A DNA stretch of 62,868 nt, filler included, from Globobulimina sp. (taxonomy: Eukaryota), in the NCBI GenBank assembly GCA_003354225.1. It is 31 parts of 31 records of this genome, joined end to end, with 100 filler letters (N's around TTAATTAATTAA, not from the genome) between each part and the next. Parts side by side here need not be neighbours in the genome. Positions count along the whole stretch, not along the records: positions 22,353 to 24,284 come from PIVH01010461.1; positions 24,385 to 26,316 come from PIVH01010462.1; positions 26,417 to 28,348 come from PIVH01010463.1; positions 28,449 to 30,379 come from PIVH01010464.1; positions 30,480 to 32,410 come from PIVH01010465.1; positions 32,511 to 34,441 come from PIVH01010466.1; 25 more parts are not named here. One strand, 5' to 3'. Numbering within the stretch: position 1 is the first letter of the stretch; each line of letters begins with the position of its first letter. The position numbers and the translations under genes were made by a program. The notes beneath the pieces were generated by a model. That model was not told the DNA's origin. It was given only the letters and a program-made list of their open reading frames with translations, and made no database searches. This document shows positions 22,353 through 34,541 of this stretch, piece after piece.

Positions 22353-23477
22353 AATGTGCTGATTCTCATCGGAAATTCACCAAATAAATGTGGCTCCTCA
22401 TCTATTAATCATTGTTTATCCGCTCCACTTCGTCAATTAAACTATAAATATATCGGAAAACGAGAATTAGGTTATTGGGATCAATGTATATATGCCCACT
22501 TGACTGGTGACAAAGGCTGCAATTTCACAGAATATGTTGAAAAGTGGATGGATGTTGATTCTATTCAGCCATCTTTCGATGAACAATTAATATTATTTGA
22601 AAAAACGCCGCGTTATATTCGATATTATCACTCCGCGTATTTGCTCAGTTATTATGCACATATTTATAATATTTATTTTTATGTTTCATTTCGAAATCCA
22701 ACGCATAGATTGTGGTCACAATGTTGGATGCATAGAAGACATATTTATGATAAAAATGATCAAAAATCTATACAAGAAATGGTGAATCAAATAAACAATG
22801 AAATTGATACATTTTCAGACAGATACCCAAAATATCAAAAAGTATTAAGTTTCATTCAAATATCACAACCCAATGAAACATATGAACATAATGTGATTGA
22901 TGAAGCAAAGTTAGTTCAATTATGGATCGATGCAAGTTATGATTTGTATAATAATATTTATTGGAATATTGATTCGAAACAAGATTTCATTGAAAACTTA
23001 TGGAGCCACAAAATAAATCCTGTTCAAATGTTAGGATTAATTGTTGGTTGTTACTATCCTCAACTTTTAATGTGGTATCATACATTTAAGTCATTCAATA
23101 ACAAGAATGGAATTGCTGCAGTCAATGTCAGTGATAGATTCAAAATTGTTCAATCAGAGTATATTTTCAATAACGGATTAACTATGTTCTTCAAGCAACT
23201 GTTGTTATGGATTGATGGTTATCAAAATAAGACTAATCAGATTGAAAAATATTTCGATCCGCATTTGGATAACACCTATTTTGAAAATGCGGTTCCTTTG
23301 TCGCATAATGGTTTGCGGTCAAGCTTTGTGCCACAAAATATTAAAATTGATGAAATAGCTTTGGGGCAAAAATTGGATAATTTTTATCAAGATTGTAATG
23401 TTCGATTGTATTGGTTTTTACAACGTCATCCTGAATTATTATTGATAAAAGATATCGATCATGAATTCCATTTTTAA
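22353..23477 (+). CDS. Sulfotransferase-like protein (heparan-sulfate ST-like), 5' partial
   Basis: PNKCGSSS (5'-PSB), FEKTPRY, FRNPTHRLWS (3'-PB). Confidence 0.75.
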   Translation, partial: NVLILIGNSPNKCGSSSINHCLSAPLRQLNYKYIGKRELGYWDQCIYAHLTGDKGCNFTEYVEKWMDVDSIQPSFDEQLILFEKTPRYIRYYHSAYLLSYYAHIYNIYFYVSFRNPTHRLWSQCWMHRRHIYDKNDQKSIQEMVNQINNEIDTFSDRYPKYQKVLSFIQISQPNETYEHNVIDEAKLVQLWIDASYDLYNNIYWNIDSKQDFIENLWSHKINPVQMLGLIVGCYYPQLLMWYHTFKSFNNKNGIAAVNVSDRFKIVQSEYIFNNGLTMFFKQLLLWIDGYQNKTNQIEKYFDPHLDNTYFENAVPLSHNGLRSSFVPQNIKIDEIALGQKLDNFYQDCNVRLYWFLQRHPELLLIKDIDHEFHF

Positions 23478-23487
23478 AATATATAAC

Positions 23488-23529
23488 TACGAATTGTAAA
23501 CATAATACGAATTGTAAACATAATACGAA
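23488..23529 (+). repeat. 18-bp tandem repeat (TACGAATTGTAAACATAA), about 2.3 copies
   Basis: Visible directly. Confidence 0.8.
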
Positions 23530-23760
23530 CAGTCAGGAATCCCATCCACTCCACGTGCAAGAGTTTGAATTTTATTAGTCTCAAAATACTTTAGCTAGAA
23601 AGTTTTGAACTTAACAATGAGTTCCGATAGATAACCCACTCCCCACTGTTCGAAAACGTTTTGAAAAATCCAGCATCGGAAAGTCCTAATGTTTTCCTTC
23701 CAAAATATGTGAATTGCGTTATGAATTAGATGCGTTCTGAATGCAAAGAGAAGATGACTG

Positions 23761-24284
23761 TCAAGAGTATATTTTCTCGCATGCATAATAACTATCGGTC
23801 CCTTTCAAACTTTGTTTGATTTCATTCCAATTTATGATTTTCTGATAACATGGCATTGGATGTTCTCTTTCTCTTTCTGTATATTTTGGTTTTATTTTTT
23901 TAAATGAACTGTCGAGTCCAATAAAGTAAAGTAAAGAATTCCAATATGTTTCTGAATATTTCCCGATCAAATCTTCATAATAAAATTGTTTATATTTGAT
24001 CGAATCTGGATATAATCTCAATAATTTACTCAAATATTCACGATTTGTATCGATTTTGTGCACATATTCTTTTGCTAAAATCGGATCTAATTTTAATTTT
24101 TCAACTTTTGTATAATTTTGCAAATCATTTGCATGTTTCCTAAGTACTAATCCTGGATCCATTGTTTTCAATCTTTCAATGGCCTCCGCCTGATAACTCC
24201 AAAAAGATGAAATCGTTGAAAGTCGAATTAAATGAATCACACTCAATGAATGACAATGAATATAATCCACAAAAATACAAAATA
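23761..24284 (-). CDS. Sulfotransferase-like (Stf0-type) C-terminal part
   Basis: VIHLIR, FYYEDL...LLYFIG, KIINWNEI motifs. Confidence 0.6.
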
Positions 24285-24384
24285 NNNNNNNNNNNNNNNN
24301 NNNNNNNNNNNNNNNNNNNNNNNNNNNNTTAATTAATTAANNNNNNNNNNNNNNNNNNNNNNNNNNNNNNNNNNNNNNNNNNNN

Positions 24385-26316
24385 TGTAAATGTAAAGATA
24401 AAAAGTCTTTTGAGTCAAGGTTTTTATCACCACTTTCTCCTTCAACCGCCGCCTTTCCTTTTGAAGCATGGGTCCGTTGTCCGAGTCGTTGCAATCGTGC
24501 AACATCTAAGTCCTCGTCAGTGTCAGTGCCATCGGTCGAAGATTGATCGTAGTCGAAATTGGCACCTGTAGTCGCATTATATTGGTTATTGTCAATGGTG
24601 ATACGTAGAGCATGTCGCAATTCATATTCATTTATTATTGGCGGCTCGGGCAACGGGCCATGATTAGTATGGTGGTCGCGCGCTGACTGCGCATTATATT
24701 GAGCATTATTTGAATGGGATGCGGCAATCTGATATTCCTGAGATGCTGCAATCTGTTTTTGCGGCGTTGATGAGTTTGTCGATGATGAGTTTGTCGATGA
24801 ACTGCAACATGTCATCGAATCGCAGCATTCGTCATCATTTAGGATGGCATTATAAAAAGAATCAAAGTCATTATTCGTCGATATCGTATCATTCAGAGCA
24901 TTATCGTAAACATCATGGCATTCATCATTACAATTTATAGCATGGTCCACAGCAACGGTACGTGATACCGGTAATGGATGGGACGCATAGAATATGTCGC
25001 TATCATAGCCAGTGTCACACAATCCATTGGTTATGATTTGCGAATGAAAGTGAGAGAGATACAGTGCCTCAATGTCATGGGTATGTATTTTACGTCTCTC
25101 TCTGTCCTCATCCACCACCACTCCCTTTGTACTATCTCTATATAGGCCGTTGCGGGACAGGTAGTCCGCGATAATATTTTCGTAGCCAGGCACATAACTG
25201 GCGGTAAAGTCGTATTCTTGGAGTCGTACCGCCCAACGATAGAGCTTCCCAGCTCGAAAATTCTTGGCGCGGTTGAATAATTCACGCAAATTCTTATGAT
25301 CGGTGTGTACATGAAAGTGGTTGCCGAGGAGTAGATAGCGCCACTTTTCTACCATGAAAACAACAGCGAACACCTCCTGTTCACTTATATGCCAATTTTG
25401 CTGTGTTGGCGTGAAGGATTTCGACGCAAATTCAATAGGATGGAACACGCCGTCGTCATCGTATTGGCCCACAACGGCACCGATCCCATTAATACTCGCA
25501 TCACAAAACACGTGTATTTGGCGCAATGGGTCTGGATGGATCAGAATGTCCGCATTCTGTATTAAGGTTTTTAAGGATTGGAATGCGTTTTTACGTATTT
25601 CTGTCATTTCGTACGGTGTCCGGGCCTCTAATAACTGGTATAATGGCTTGGCAATATCATGCAAGTCCGGAATAAATTTGTGTAAATAGGCCACCAGACC
25701 CAGGAAAGTCTGCATTTGTGCCTTAGTGCATGGCTCTGGCACGTTAAGTACTTTCCGTTTATATTTATCTGTGGGTCGATAGCCATATTTATCCACAAAA
25801 TAACCCAAATACTCAGTTTCCTGCGCCGCGAAGATGCATTTATCGATTCGCAGCTTGATATTATTGGATTTTATTCGTTCAAAGACAATTTTTAGATGCT
25901 CCAGGTGCTCCGCAATGGTATCGCTCAAAATGGCGATGTCATCAATATAAACAACAACAAAGTCCAAGTCCGCAAATATCCGTTGCATAACACGTTGGAA
26001 CACGGCCGGCGCGTTTTTCAGACCCATTGGCATCACAGTCCATTGGTATAACACACCGTCAAACTCAAAGGCGGTGAGTGGCTTAGTTTCATCGTCCAAC
26101 GGTATGTGCCAATATCCGGCCTTCATATTCAATGACGAGACATAGCGTTTTTGCCGGAAACTCTGCAATAATTTGCGGATATTAGGTATCGGGAACTTGT
26201 CCGCCTTCGTGAGATGATTCAATGCGCGGAAATCGAAGACAAGCCGGACGTCGCCGGTCTTCTTAGGTCGCGGAAATAAGCTCGAACGCCACTCACTGTG
26301 GCTTTCCTCGATACGT
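24385..26316 (-). mobile_element. Ty3/Gypsy LTR retrotransposon pol (RT + RNase H), partial
   Basis: RLVFDFRALN, MPMGLKNAPAVFQR, YIDD, FLGLVAY, CDAS, SEQE, TDHKNL, ADYLSR; higher GC than neighbouring contigs. Confidence 0.95.
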
Positions 26317-26416
26317 NNNNNNNNNNNNNNNNNNNNNNNNNNNNNNNNNNNNNNNNNNNNTTAATTAATTAANNNNNNNNNNNNNNNNNNNNNNNNNNNN
26401 NNNNNNNNNNNNNNNN

Positions 26417-28123
26417 GATCGTATCACAAATCAGCGACAAAGGGTTCATAGTCAGCCGCGGGAAAAAGCGATTGTGATAAGTACGTAATCCATTTTTGAT
26501 CATAGACGTCTGCGATTTGTTTAATGCTTTGAAAAAAGATTTGTTTGTAAACGTCTTCAGATCCAATGGGTGTTCGTCATCGACAGAGACTCGGTCCACG
26601 ATATCAATCAGCAAAGAGCTTAAATCCTTTTCTGTCTCTTTGGTTAATAAGAAATAGCGCAATAAGTCGCGATCATGCTTGATAATGCCGGGACATTCCT
26701 GCTCCATATATTGACTGAAGATCCTCTCGTCTTCTTTGCTGAAAGTGGAGGGTTTAAATATAGGAACTAATAATTCATACTGACATTTGCTAATATACTG
26801 TGTTAATAAGTAGCCAATGGACGGGTATTCCTCTCGCAATTTGGGGCCATGAATGACTTCGTTAAATGCCATGAATTCTTCGTCGCATTTCTCCTCTTCG
26901 CAGAAGGTGGTGAATATATTTATTATTTGATTGCTGATACCGTTGCAGCGCAGACATTCTTCGATATCTTCCACAGAACGACCCACTTTCTTCCTCATTA
27001 TGGAAGTGGGGACCACAAATAGTTGCAAATTGGGTAATGTGTTGATCTCTGTTGCTGTGAACTTGTCATCGTATGCTTTATATGCACGCCTATGGCCACC
27101 TGCTGTGACAGCCATGTCATTGGCTGTGATGCGACTGTTAATATTCATATCTGTATACGTCGAGTTTCGTATATGTGCACTTTTCAAACCTAATATATTG
27201 CGTAAACTATTTACAAATTTGAATGCTTTGCTGCTATTCCAATCAAATATGGATGCGATATTTTCAATGATGCCGCTGTCGCCTTCTTCAAACACTTCAA
27301 TATCATCAATTAATTGGTCTTCGCCATATTCCTCGTCCTTGCAGAAACGGACAAATTCATCCAATTCATCATTGGTGTATTCATTCAATCGCTTCAACGC
27401 TGATTTTATTTGATTTAAATCGCCGGCATGTACTGCTATATATTCATTGTCATCATTGCGTTGTGACTCATTATTGAGGTTCTCTGCAGATATATTATTA
27501 TTGTTATATGCTTGTAATTGATTAATAATATCTTGAACCAGTGATGGATTGGAGTCAAAATCTAATTGTTTGTCTAATGTGATTAACAAATCTTTGATCT
27601 GCTGAGGATTGGATGGGTCCATATCAATATCCATTGGTAGTTGCAAAGAGGAGGCTGGCTCTGGCGACTCTCGCTCGATAATCTGTTTAATGGTTATCTG
27701 TCGCGGTAAGCCACTCCATTCCAATTGTTTTGCATCATCATATTCAATTTGTATCTCTTGTTTGCTTTCTGGCTTATTATTGGCATTGGAATCATAATAA
27801 GATTGCGGGGTGATGAGTTTTCGAAGTGTGAGCAGTTGACCATCTTTATTATATTTATGGTCTTTAAGCCATTGCGATATTGACGACTCGTCCTCTGTGT
27901 CATTTATGTCATCAATTAATGCATCAAAATCAAACTGATCATGACGTATGTTTTGTTTTTGTATATATAGTGTTTGTTGTGAGTTTTTTCGAAACACAAA
28001 ATATCGAACCTCTTCCTCTATAGCCCATTCTTGAAGGTCATTAGCAACATTTTCACTGATTTCTTTCGATTCTGCCAATTGTTTCCAAACATTGGATAGC
28101 TGAGAGTACTGAGACTCTGCCAT
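26417..28123 (-). CDS. Hypothetical protein with repeated acidic EE(Y/F)xxDxLIDDI modules, 3' partial; probable in-frame intron 27935-28009
   Basis: Long ORF; a 75-nt GT..AG segment interrupts the first module. Confidence 0.65.
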
Positions 28124-28448
28124 GGAATTTTAGTAACTTTAACGTTTTTTTTTTTTACTACAATTAACTTTTTGGTTTGCTTTTTGATCTTTGTACACAA
28201 CAGTGTCTTATTACTATTTTTGAAACGGTGTGGTATTTTTTTTTTTGCAAATAATGTAAATTTACCAATTTCCCTAAAAACTGGAATTTCCGAATATTTC
28301 AAAAATGAGCAATTTTGCTAAAATGCAAAAAAATCAATATTTCGGAATNNNNNNNNNNNNNNNNNNNNNNNNNNNNNNNNNNNNNNNNNNNNTTAATTAA
28401 TTAANNNNNNNNNNNNNNNNNNNNNNNNNNNNNNNNNNNNNNNNNNNN

Positions 28449-29039
28449 AAACTTGTAAGGCCAACATATGATTTTGAACAGGAACATAAAATCAAAGAAT
28501 ATTCCTCCACTCATTCAAATTATACATATGCAGACATGACAAAGTTGGATAAGGACATTGCTGCCAATTTCAATCATAGTTCCTTCATAAATGAATTCGA
28601 TTTAACAACACAGCAAAAAGAGCTCGTAAACTTATGTACGAAACATGTTATAATTACTGGTATTGCTGCGGTATATTTTTTTATTCGTTTCAGTTACCGG
28701 CAAGTTGCATTTTGCATAGATCAACATACGAATATTGCAGTTATTTGGATGGCTGCATATGTTTCGAGGACATTCATATTTGTGACCAACGGAATTGCTG
28801 TTTATTTTGGTTTTGCCTTTTCATCAAAATTATATTGTACAATATTTGCGACATGCCATGTTTGTGTATTTCGATGTTGTTCAAGAATGGCGAAAAAAGA
28901 GATTGCCAACACTGCCATGGATAAAATTGTTAAACAATATAAGAATGAACAAATGATCGAATTGAAAAGCGACAGCATTGCGAACAGCCATGATGGTTTG
29001 GGCACAATTTATGATTCAATCACAATGACCTCAGAGTAA
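28449..29039 (+). CDS. C-terminal part of a multi-TM (GPCR-like) membrane protein
   Basis: Two TM segments followed by Y...CHVC..RCC tail. Confidence 0.5.
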   Translation, partial: KLVRPTYDFEQEHKIKEYSSTHSNYTYADMTKLDKDIAANFNHSSFINEFDLTTQQKELVNLCTKHVIITGIAAVYFFIRFSYRQVAFCIDQHTNIAVIWMAAYVSRTFIFVTNGIAVYFGFAFSSKLYCTIFATCHVCVFRCCSRMAKKEIANTAMDKIVKQYKNEQMIELKSDSIANSHDGLGTIYDSITMTSE

Positions 29040-29123
29040 AAAATATGAGTTACATATTTTCAGATAAAAAACTTTCTAGTTTCAATACCTAGCTTCGCAC
29101 ATCTTTTGTTATAATCGTGTATA

Positions 29124-30206
29124 ATGACGTCCTTATCCTCCATACATGCCTCGCTCTCGAACCACACAGACACCGCCGAGCCTTTACACAAAGCACAAAG
29201 ATCATATTCATGCAGTTTAACTTTGAAAGCACAGTCTCGCCGCCGCGAATTGCTCCAAATCTGTGTAAATACAAACAACAAACCATTAGTGTATGAGTGC
29301 GATGATGAACCATATCATCGGATTTACATTTTTGATTTTGATGATACAATATTTCCAACTTCAATCATTCAAAAAAACATCAAAATCTGGGACCATACGG
29401 AATCGTGCACCATCGCGGAATACAAACAATGTTTGACATTATATATCACCATCAAAAAATGTGTGGAATACATAATGAATTTGCAAAATGAGTTAATTAC
29501 GAAATACGGCGCAAGCAATATCTCCTTCATAATCCTGACCAATGCTTCCGTTGATTGGTTAAATGAAATCAAACGCGACCATTCCTCGTTAATCTCGCAA
29601 TTAATCATCAAATTGGAGTCCTTTATCCCTATCATCAGTGCCAAGGACGCGTTTGAATCGAAATACGATGACTGGTATTCTGAGTGTTGCATCATCGCAA
29701 AAACAGATTCATTGACAAATTATTTGCAAGCTCTGCAGATAAATAATAAAATACCGGTTGTATACAGCATTGGTGACGGCAAAGCAGAATATTTTGCGTC
29801 GAGAGAAGCGTGTTCAGAAAGCTATGGAAACGATTATATATTACAACGGATACAGTTGAAATCCAATCGAAAAGCAAAAAATAAAAGTTTCAAAGCATTG
29901 GATAAATTCTACGACATTCTGGCTGATACCAAACAGTTTTTGTGTCATAGTAACGAGGAATTAGAGTATATTGCGGAGGGTATAAGTGATACAAATGAGT
30001 GCAGTGAGGATGATATGACTAATATTAGTTGGTTGGGTATTTGGGGACTTGGTTCGGGAGTAGTTGATTTATCTACATATCCCTTTTATTCTATTGTAAA
30101 TTATACTGTAATTGTGAATAAAATTTGTGTAAAAATTATAAATTATCTGTTATTTATTTGTGGTATTTGGCCATTTTCAATACTTGTTTTTGTGCTATTG
30201 GACTGA
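29124..30206 (+). CDS. HAD-superfamily hydrolase-like protein
   Basis: IFDFDDTIFPT (motif I), IILTNA (II), K (III), SIGDGKAE (IV). Confidence 0.75.
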   Translation: MTSLSSIHASLSNHTDTAEPLHKAQRSYSCSLTLKAQSRRRELLQICVNTNNKPLVYECDDEPYHRIYIFDFDDTIFPTSIIQKNIKIWDHTESCTIAEYKQCLTLYITIKKCVEYIMNLQNELITKYGASNISFIILTNASVDWLNEIKRDHSSLISQLIIKLESFIPIISAKDAFESKYDDWYSECCIIAKTDSLTNYLQALQINNKIPVVYSIGDGKAEYFASREACSESYGNDYILQRIQLKSNRKAKNKSFKALDKFYDILADTKQFLCHSNEELEYIAEGISDTNECSEDDMTNISWLGIWGLGSGVVDLSTYPFYSIVNYTVIVNKICVKIINYLLFICGIWPFSILVFVLLD

Positions 30207-30906
30207 AGCAAAGATGTGGTAATGTTTCGTTTAATGGTAACGGTTATTATCTTTGGTAACTGTTGCCATAACTATATAAGCATACGGGTATGTAGGGTTT
30301 AACCCCCAAAAACCAAACTTGGCACTCCAAATCGCATATTTGTACTGGGGACAAATTTTGAAGTAGGCATTGGCGAAAANNNNNNNNNNNNNNNNNNNNN
30401 NNNNNNNNNNNNNNNNNNNNNNNTTAATTAATTAANNNNNNNNNNNNNNNNNNNNNNNNNNNNNNNNNNNNNNNNNNNNGACAGCCGCAACACCACAATG
30501 TTGTGAAATTGTTTGCGGAATTGGAAGTAGAAGAGGCCGACAGTCTTTCTCGACCGGACCCGTCCGTGTTGGTCGCGGCAATGGAGCCATCCCAGCAGAA
30601 GTTGGCCGTCGGGGCCATATCCGCCGGCATTCTCTTGGGGACGTCGGTTATTATTAGCTTCCTCGGTTTCGTGGAAAATGTGCTTCCTTTTGGGTGGTTC
30701 GATTTGTACGTTTGCTCCTAAGGAAACAATCAGCGAAATCAAAAAAGCGTTTCCGTTGCGTTTCCGTTGCAATTGTATACAACAGCGTATGCAACAAATT
30801 TATGATCGTAGAAAAAAAAGAAATAAAAATGTCATATTTTCTTAAATCCCCCAATTTCCAATTTGCTTTATTTGTTTTGTTAATTTTTTGATAAAATTTT
30901 TCATTT

Positions 30907-32410
30907 TCAACGTCTGTTATTGTTTCTATTGTTTCTGTTCTGTCCTGGATTATTTGGGTCATTTTGCTGCCCATTCCAATTATTTCTCTGTCCATTCCAG
31001 TTATTTTGGGATCGCGGCTGCTCATAACCTTGATTCCAATTATTTTGATGGCCATAATGTTGTGGGCCATTTTGCTTTTGTCTCTTTTTTAAGGGATTAA
31101 TTAAATGCATATATTGGCCACATGTTCCATTTAAATGCTCTCCCTTTCCACAGTATCCATTGTACCAATAATCAAAACATTTTCCTTTATTCAAATCAAA
31201 CGGGCATCGACCTTTCGGTCCGCCCTTTTTTGTCTTAATCTGCAATCTGTCAATCAATGCATCCACGACATTCTGGTCAATTATGTCGTAAGTCATTTTT
31301 TTCAATTCTTCCATTGCAAATATTTGCTCTCTTTCTTGTTTCTTCATCTTTTGTTCATTTCTCTTATTTATTTTGTTCAAAATCCGATGTAATAATTGCT
31401 GCAATTTTTTTGCTGCATCATTCAATTCAAAAAATTCTCGCTCTGCGATCCAACCAATTGTTTCGATCAAATCTTCCAATCTCAATTGGGCCAAAACCTG
31501 GCTCTCTAAAACCTCTCTCATTTCTTTCACGGTTTCATCCGGCTCATTTTCAGTGGCTCTGAGTTTATCAATTAATGCCTCTGTCTTTTCCGCTGTTTCT
31601 TGCTCCATTAATTGCGGCTGGATCTCTTTTAAAAGGGCTATGATTGCCTTTGTGTTTTCATCTGGTTCGCCATGCTCGATGGCCTTCAATTTCATGATCA
31701 TTTCATCGGCTTTATATTTCAATTCTTGTCTCATTAATTGTGGCTGCAAAGCCTCTGTCAATGCCAATAATGCCACTTGTTTGAATCCTGGCGCCTTGGC
31801 ATCGAATGGGACCCGATCTTCCTGGGCTTTTTTCCCTTTATTACATATCGCGCATCGCGCCCTATTCACTTGGAACGCGTTTATATTATTTGCCAAATTT
31901 GCTAATACATTTGCTGAGGCATATAATTCGACTAAATGTTTCTTCTGGATCTCTGCGTTCAGGACTTTATTTACGTTATACGCAGCCACGATTTTTGTGG
32001 ATTTCTCGATTTCACCGTATTGGTTTTTGAGGGATCCTGATATTGTTTGGATCATTCCGCCCATTTTATCGACTGCGGATGACATCATTCCCCCCATCAT
32101 CTAAAGTGTATATATGCGACTTTGCGTATGTGGTCGCTCAAATTTTTATAGATTTGCTATTCCGTTCCGTCTGGGGGTTGACGTCACGGCCTATCTCATG
32201 GTTAAAAGTAAGTGCTTTTTATTTAACTAAACTTGATATCCCTGGCGGGATTGCTGCTGCATCAAATTCTGTATTTGGTCACTTGATAGCGGCTGTTGGT
32301 CCGCTTCTTGTTGCCGTCTTTGGCTCTCTTGCTGATTGCATAATGCTTCCAATTCCTCACTGATATTCCTCGCCTGGTCGACCTTGATTTGCCGCATAAA
32401 TATCGTTCTT
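30907..32410 (-). CDS. Coiled-coil protein with CCCH-like zinc finger and N/Q-rich tail, 5' partial; intron 32101-32232
   Basis: Upstream exon ...QQSRQGYQ spliced to MMGGMM; CFDYWYNGYC...C....H; two ~45-aa internal repeats. Confidence 0.6.
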
Positions 32411-32684
32411 NNNNNNNNNNNNNNNNNNNNNNNNNNNNNNNNNNNNNNNNNNNNTTAATTAATTAANNNNNNNNNNNNNNNNNNNNNNNNNNNNNNNNNN
32501 NNNNNNNNNNGATTTGTGGCTTTATGAATTCCAATGGCATTTCATTAAGCAAAGGAAAAATAAAAAAATGTGTCATTACCTTTGTAGCAAACCAATGTTT
32601 GGATAATAATACATCTTTAGTCACTTTTTAAGTGGTTTATAATTTACATCTTTAGTCACTTGTAACAGCAGTTAATTGTTGAGA

Positions 32685-34441
32685 ATGTCCCACCATCATC
32701 ACGAACACGGAGGTGCGTGCAGTCATGATCACTCCCATGATGGTCATGACCATGGTCATGGTCATAAAATAAAAAACAAAGACAATTTAGAGTTACCAGC
32801 AGAAGCGGATATTGATTTAGATGCAATGCATCCCGAAGTTCAAATACCAATGCAACAATATCCTTTAACAGAACAAGAATTACGTAATGACTTCGTGATG
32901 TTGACCGAAGATGGTGGCATTAAAAAGAAAATTCTTAGCGAATCCAAGGAAAAAGATCTAGGAACACCACCTACAAATAGCCAAATAACCTGCCATTACA
33001 CTGGAACATTACCAGATAATAATGATGAAAAATTTGATTCTTCTCGAGATCGTGGCGAACCGTTTGAATTTAAAATTGGTCAATCGAAGGTTATCAAAGG
33101 TTGGGATATTGGTATTGCTTCGTTACGTAATTGTTTTTTTTTTATTTTTTTTTATGTTTTTGCTGACTGAGTGCAAGGATCATAAATAAAATCATCATAA
33201 TTACATAAAATTGTATACGTACAGGATGAGCAAAGGAGAACGTTGTATTTTACGGTGTGCAGCGCCTTATGCGTATGGTGAGAATGGATCGCCTCCAAAA
33301 ATACCTGGCGGAGCAACGCTTGATTTTGATGTGGAATTAATTGATTGGGATGATTGGCAAAGTTGTGATGGTGCCGATGGACAAATAAGCAAAAAAATAG
33401 TGATTGAAAGTGAAGATTTTGGTGATAATATATCTGCAAATTCAAAAATAAATCTTTCATATCGTATCTATTATATTGACAATGGTATTGATCACATTTT
33501 ATGTGAAAGAGGCAATTATGATATGACTGTGGATGATGATGACAGATTTACGGAGGCAATGCATATCGCTGTAAAATCGATGAAAAATAACGAAAAATCT
33601 AGATTTAAAATATTAGATGAAAAGTTATTAAATCTTGACGAGGTTTATGTTGATACGAATGACTTAAAAGAAGAGGAAAATGATAATAATAAACAAAAAG
33701 CGCCACCAAACAAAACAACATTTTATGAGATGGAGATTCATTCCGTGGTTAAAGGCAAAGAGAGCTGGAATGCCAAAAACGAAGAGAAAATCGAAGAGGG
33801 TTTAATATACAAACAAGATGGAAATGCATTATTTAAACAAGTGCGGTTTTTGGGTGCGATAAAAAAATATAAGCGCGCATTGGATTGGGTGGACTGTGAT
33901 TTTAGTGATGACGAGTTAGCACAGAAAAAGGAGGAATTAGTTGTCTCGACGAATAATAATTTAGCATTGATTTGTATCAAAATGAAAGATTGGCCCGCCG
34001 CCATCGAGCATGCCGGCATTGTGCTGTCGAAGGACGCCAACAATGTCAAGGCGTTGATGAGAAGAGGTCAGGCCAGATTGCAGGAGGGATATTTGGATTT
34101 AAGTAAGAAAGATTTGAAAAAAGCCGCCTCATTGGATAGGAATAATTCGTATATTAAAAGGTTATTAAAAATATGCACGCAAAGACACAAGGAATATGTT
34201 GAAAAACAACAGAAATTATATGCGGGAATGTTTGGCAAAAAAAAGGCTAAAAAAAAGAAAAAGAAAACAGATGTACAAGTACAAGATGTGGAAGATAATA
34301 AGACTGATGTACAGGTTGCAGAGGTTGCAGAGGTTGCAGAGGTTGACGTTGTCAAAGATGAGCAAAATAAAACTGAAACGACTGTGCAAGAAAAGGGTTT
34401 TTCTGTAATGGATGTAGACAGTGATAAAGCTGTTAGAGTTT
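32685..34441 (+). CDS. FKBP-type peptidyl-prolyl isomerase with TPRs (FKBP4/5-like), 3' partial; intron 33122-33224
   Basis: HYTGTL...[13 protein letters not shown]...[16 protein letters not shown]...[25 protein letters not shown] motifs KQDGNALFK and [11 protein letters not shown]. Confidence 0.93.
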
Positions 34442-34541
34442 NNNNNNNNNNNNNNNNNNNNNNNNNNNNNNNNNNNNNNNNNNNNTTAATTAATTAANNN
34501 NNNNNNNNNNNNNNNNNNNNNNNNNNNNNNNNNNNNNNNNN

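Noticed and set aside
31373-32104. 243-aa plus-strand ORF and similar antisense ORFs
   Set aside because: Shadow frames of real genes on the opposite strand; no motifs.
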